DNA of 64,000 bases, taken from the sequence record MK250027.1. One strand, written 5' to 3'. Below the pieces are notes generated by a model. That model saw only the letters and a list, made by a program, of their open reading frames with translations. It made no database searches and was not told the DNA's origin. Below are positions 59,883 through 64,000 of this stretch, piece by piece. A program made the translations under genes and the position numbers. Each line of letters opens with the position of its first letter. Position 1 is the first letter of the stretch.

Positions 59883-59893
59883 TACAAAGATAC
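59883..59893 (-). promoter_or_regulatory. Bacteroidota-type -7 element GTATCTTTGTA
   Basis: Identical 11-mer upstream of ATG 59854. Confidence 0.75.
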
Positions 59894-59968
59894 ATAAATT
59901 ATATGTAAAATAAAAAAGTCTGACTAAATATTTCTATTTAATCAGACATTATTAACAATATTTAATTT

Positions 59969-61135
59969 TTATGCATATAAATATATTTTTTTCATTTCTT
60001 TACCAGAAGGTGTTGTAAATGTTATAACTGCATATTTTCTTTCAAATCCATCCCATTCGCATTCCATATCTTCACCTCTGCCATTATAACGGTCCGCATC
60101 ATCAAGGTCTCGTTTTAAATCAAGCTTTGCTTTCCAATTAGGCTTCTTTGTTGATTGAATTGATTTTTTATATTCAATACATTTTTTTGAATTATGTGCA
60201 AGCAATCTTAAATCAAACCTATCAAATATGCGAGATCGTTTTCCTGACACTCTTTCATCTGAAATATCCATTATATCTAATGGTTTACATTTCAATGTAT
60301 TCTGAATATATTTATTCAATGATAGGAATTCTTTACATGGTTTAGAAATATACTTAATGGAATCAACCCATGGTTTATCATCATTATTACTTAGCCAACT
60401 ACTATATGGTTTATGAATACCATCAATACGTGTGTAGTTAGGTAAATCTATTTTATACAATTTATATGTATAAATATCTTCCATTAATCCATCAATATCA
60501 CCATTTGGATAATATTTTTCTAATATATTTTCATTATCATAATAAAAATTATTAATATTAATATCGATAATAGGAAACTTTTCAGTTTTTTTATTTGCTA
60601 TATATTTCTTTAATAGTTTTGAAATAACTTCTTGCTTATTATTTGATGATGATGAAGTATTTCTTGAAGATGATGTACCTCTTAATGTTCCAGATAATAC
60701 ACGTTCACTTGCATTTACACCAAACTCTTGTAATGTAATATTTGAACCAATAAGTTTATTAATCCATCTAACAATTTCATTCGCTGATATAGGATTTACT
60801 CTAAATACTTTTGTAAATGCTTCTATTGTAGCATCTGTACGCTTTGGTATTTTTGCTTCTGTTTCACCTACAAATGTATAAATCAATTTTGGATTTCCAA
60901 AAGACATAAGCTTACATTTTCTTCCTTGTTTAATAATACGAAGAACATAAGATTGATTTGTTGGTGTATATACCATATACAAATAATATACAGGATAACC
61001 TGTGGTTCCATTTGATTTTAATTTTACAAGATTACATCTATAATATGCTCCATCAGCAGAAGCAATATTTTCAAATGCAAATTTAACTGCTTGCTTTTCT
61101 GTTGTATCTAAAGATTCAAATAATTTATTAATCAT
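59969..61135 (-). CDS. Hypothetical protein (388 aa, two-domain with Ser/Asn linker)
   Basis: Intact ORF. Confidence 0.75.
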   Translation of the reverse strand: MINKLFESLDTTEKQAVKFAFENIASADGAYYRCNLVKLKSNGTTGYPVYYLYMVYTPTNQSYVLRIIKQGRKCKLMSFGNPKLIYTFVGETEAKIPKRTDATIEAFTKVFRVNPISANEIVRWINKLIGSNITLQEFGVNASERVLSGTLRGTSSSRNTSSSSNNKQEVISKLLKKYIANKKTEKFPIIDININNFYYDNENILEKYYPNGDIDGLMEDIYTYKLYKIDLPNYTRIDGIHKPYSSWLSNNDDKPWVDSIKYISKPCKEFLSLNKYIQNTLKCKPLDIMDISDERVSGKRSRIFDRFDLRLLAHNSKKCIEYKKSIQSTKKPNWKAKLDLKRDLDDADRYNGRGEDMECEWDGFERKYAVITFTTPSGKEMKKIYLYA

Positions 61136-61186
61136 TATATTATTAAAATTATTTAAGTTTAATATAATATATTTATATCTAATTAA

Positions 61187-62347
61187 TTACCATCTATGAT
61201 AACGTTTTCTATATGAATAATTACCAGATGGATTATTTTCTGTATAATCATTTGTAATTACCCAATATGAAATTCCAACATTATATAGTAACATAATAAT
61301 AAGAATAGCAATATACCATCCTGTACTTAATTCTATATTAATATAATTAAAATCAGAAAATTCTTTCCTATTCCAATTTGTATCAATTTGTGTATCTAAC
61401 CATTCAGCATATTCTTTAAAATTAATGGTAGGATGATTAATGAAATAATCACGTGTTTTTACTTCAAGCAAAGGTTTATCACACCATGAAAATGGATTAC
61501 ACCAAATAATTTTATTATTCTTTATACCAAGACATACAATAAACTCGTTCTTATTTCCACCTTGCCAATATGCCTTTTGCATTTCTGATATTTCTATGTT
61601 AGATGTATTGTAACAACATATCAATACATGAATTTGATTCTTTGGACCTCTGTAGCCATTCAAATACCTAACAGCGTCAATATCAGATTCATTTGCGTTA
61701 TATCCAATTATTGGATTCTGATCATATAACTTAGTTTCAGGATATTCATATAAACCATTTTCTTTTGCATCTTCTTTACTTATATTAGAATATTTAAAGA
61801 TAGAATATGAAGATGCTTTTACTTTATTCTGATACATATGTGTCCATGTTACAGGATATGAATTCTCTCTTGTTCTATTCCAATATGTAATATATGCATC
61901 TCCATCTTCTAAATGATAATTTCTATGCATATCTTTAAATACTGGTTGCGTATTTAATTTTTTACATATATACTGATAATCTTTTTTAGATATTGATTCT
62001 TTATCTCCATGTATTGTTTCATAAATATATTCAGCAGGATGGTATCTTCGTTCAGGTACTGTATATGTTACGGTTCGTGTTTTACCGTTACCACATGAAA
62101 CAGTTCTAGTATGTGTTACCATAACTATTTCATCCCATGGTTCATAATATGTTACTTTACTTATTAAATCACTTAAATATTCTGTGTCTAATGATGATAT
62201 ATATACAAATGAATATTTAAGGCCAAGAAATAATAATAATGATGGTACAGCTACAATAAAATATTCCCATATTGCAGTTTGCTTACGAAATTTCCATGCT
62301 AATATTATTATTGTAATAATAGGTATTAAAAAAATTATTATTTCCAT
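61187..62347 (-). CDS. Membrane protein (two N-terminal TM, one C-terminal TM)
   Basis: Hydrophobic termini flanking a soluble domain. Confidence 0.75.
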   Translation of the reverse strand: MEIIIFLIPIITIIILAWKFRKQTAIWEYFIVAVPSLLLFLGLKYSFVYISSLDTEYLSDLISKVTYYEPWDEIVMVTHTRTVSCGNGKTRTVTYTVPERRYHPAEYIYETIHGDKESISKKDYQYICKKLNTQPVFKDMHRNYHLEDGDAYITYWNRTRENSYPVTWTHMYQNKVKASSYSIFKYSNISKEDAKENGLYEYPETKLYDQNPIIGYNANESDIDAVRYLNGYRGPKNQIHVLICCYNTSNIEISEMQKAYWQGGNKNEFIVCLGIKNNKIIWCNPFSWCDKPLLEVKTRDYFINHPTINFKEYAEWLDTQIDTNWNRKEFSDFNYINIELSTGWYIAILIIMLLYNVGISYWVITNDYTENNPSGNYSYRKRYHRW

Positions 62348-62381
62348 ATATTATTATTTTATTTAAAATTAAAAATTATGT

Positions 62382-62392
62382 TACAAAGATAC
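62382..62392 (-). promoter_or_regulatory. Bacteroidota-type -7 element GTATCTTTGTA
   Basis: Identical 11-mer upstream of ATG 62347. Confidence 0.75.
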
Positions 62393-62411
62393 ATATAATT
62401 TATAAAATAAA

Positions 62412-62449
62412 AAATCTTATAGATAAAAACTAATTTACCTATAAGATTT
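62412..62449 (-). terminator. Intrinsic terminator
   Basis: AAATCTTATAG/CTATAAGATTT. Confidence 0.7.
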
Positions 62450-62465
62450 AAATAAGTGTTGTTAT

Positions 62466-62999
62466 TTAATAGATTCTTTTAAAGTTTTCATAAAAATCTT
62501 TCGCATGCTTTACAAAATACGGACCATCAGGACAATCATTATATACTGCTTTATATAAAACTAAATCTTCATTTTTTCTCCAGTAATAATTTGGGTGTTC
62601 TAAATATTCATCATCAAAATATTCAGGATCTAAATCAATATCTTTAAATAATAGATGTTCTTGAACTAATTCATATTCTCTATGTTCAAAATCTTTTGCA
62701 TTTTTATAGATATATCTTCCAATACCTTTATTCTCTATATTCCATTCTGTTTGATACCAATATTCACTTAAGCTTCTATCATGTTCATCAGGAAATTTAT
62801 CTTGATTCATATATTCCTTATTAACATGAAGATAATGAAACGTATCTTGAACATATCCACCAAACCAACAAATTCCTAATATAAGTTCTTTTTGTGTATC
62901 ATGAATTTCGACAACTCTCATACCTTGAGTCATTTTAGGAAATTCTTTACAACAATGAAATATATAATCTCCTTCTTTTATATCTTTTAGCTTTTTCAT
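62466..62999 (-). CDS. Protein with C-terminal DUF1653-like domain
   Basis: EDLVLYKAVYND..G.YFVKHAKDF resembles the DUF1653 E-x-LV-x-Y-x-A-x-Y...V-R-P..MF pattern; TAAACT-N17-TACAAT upstream (63021-63049). Confidence 0.5.
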   Translation of the reverse strand: MKKLKDIKEGDYIFHCCKEFPKMTQGMRVVEIHDTQKELILGICWFGGYVQDTFHYLHVNKEYMNQDKFPDEHDRSLSEYWYQTEWNIENKGIGRYIYKNAKDFEHREYELVQEHLLFKDIDLDPEYFDDEYLEHPNYYWRKNEDLVLYKAVYNDCPDGPYFVKHAKDFYENFKRIY

Positions 63000-63310
63000 T
63001 TCTTTCTAATTAAGTTTTTAATTGTATAAAAATATAAAAATTTAGTTTATTAAATATTGTTAATTAAAATATTTTTATTAATTTTTTCCCCAATATTATT
63101 ATGGTATTTTTTAATATAATAATTAAAATTATTATTTTTAACTATGAATGAAACTAATGTGAAAGAACCTAAACGTATAAAGCAATATATAGATACACAT
63201 ATATGGTTAAGTTTTTGTAAATTATTAAAAGCTTATGTTTTAATAAGTAATAATTTATATATTTATTTGCTTTATAAAAATTAAAATTTTATGAACGCAT
63301 ACATAAATTG

Positions 63311-63991
63311 TTATTTGTTTGTAATATTAAATAATAATTCTACTTCTTCTAATAAACTTACTTTATTTTCTTCTATTATTTTCTTTGAATATGATAATTT
63401 CATATTCTTCCATGTTTCTAATAGAAACTTTATATGTTCTGCTAAGAATTTATTCCAATCATGAATTCTCATCTCGTCTTTCAAACCACATGCACATTGT
63501 GTGAAATAATCAGATGAAAATGAAACTAATATATCACATTCTCTTAATATCCGTTGATATAAATTTAAATCATCATCATTAATCATATAAGGATAACATG
63601 TTGCATCTATATTATCTCCTATAATTTTAATCAAATGATTACATGATTCATCATTAATAAATTCAGTTCTAATATAATTCTTCATTACATCTTTTGCGAT
63701 ATTGATATTTGTAATATCATCATATTTTCCTGCGCTATGATTAAAATCATGAAATATTGCAGACATTAAAAGAATATATAAGCCTTCATTATCTAATTTA
63801 AATTCATAATTATCAGTTTGACTTTCTTCATATATACAACATATATGATACATCATCGCAAATGTATGGTTTATATTATGATATGGATTTGTAAGAGATA
63901 TACAATTATTAATATAATATGTAAATAATTTCTTTAAATCTTCATTTGCATTTATATATGTTAAAACTTTTACTTGATCTGTATTAATCAT
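63311..63991 (-). CDS. HD-domain (PDEase-like) phosphohydrolase
   Basis: NPYHNINH, AIFHDFNH, LRECDI. Confidence 0.8.
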   Translation of the reverse strand: MINTDQVKVLTYINANEDLKKLFTYYINNCISLTNPYHNINHTFAMMYHICCIYEESQTDNYEFKLDNEGLYILLMSAIFHDFNHSAGKYDDITNINIAKDVMKNYIRTEFINDESCNHLIKIIGDNIDATCYPYMINDDDLNLYQRILRECDILVSFSSDYFTQCACGLKDEMRIHDWNKFLAEHIKFLLETWKNMKLSYSKKIIEENKVSLLEEVELLFNITNK

Positions 63992-64000
63992 ATTTAATAA

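Noticed and set aside
63144-63284. 46-aa + strand ORF MNETNVKEPKR...
   Set aside because: Short, runs into low-complexity AT sequence, no supporting motif.

Overview
This 64 kb window is very AT-rich and looks like part of a jumbo/megaphage genome infecting Bacteroidota. It is consistent with a Lak-like Prevotella phage, but that assignment is inference. TAG is read as Gln (genetic code 15): the fragmented ORF track joins into long single-frame genes when TAG is read through, and the conserved motif RLKQLQTG is spelled with TAG codons. The left part (1-38.5 kb) is a TAG-rich, probably late/virion module. It holds a lamin-tail plus metallophosphoesterase protein, a 2896-aa CotH-kinase/LRR-like protein, three paralogous coiled-coil fibre-like genes (one frameshifted, one with an internal TAA), a T4 RNase H-like exonuclease, a 1989-aa tape-measure-like protein and a lipoprotein. 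The right part (38.5-64 kb) is mostly TAG-free small genes: ClpP, a Cys phosphatase, PseT-like PNK, DUF488, DUF1653-like and HD proteins, with several operons behind Bacteroidota-type TATCTTTG promoters. Two inverted TAG-rich genes (DUF1566-like and T5orf172) interrupt it. Three ORF-free, hairpin-dense blocks of about 0.5-0.75 kb (48.15-48.89, 53.47-53.99, 54.04-54.58 kb) look like large structured ncRNAs, with promoter-like motifs and in two cases a clear terminator. There is an assembly gap of Ns at about 56200-56632. No tRNA, rRNA, CRISPR array, transposase or reverse transcriptase was recognised. All translation and folding was done by eye.
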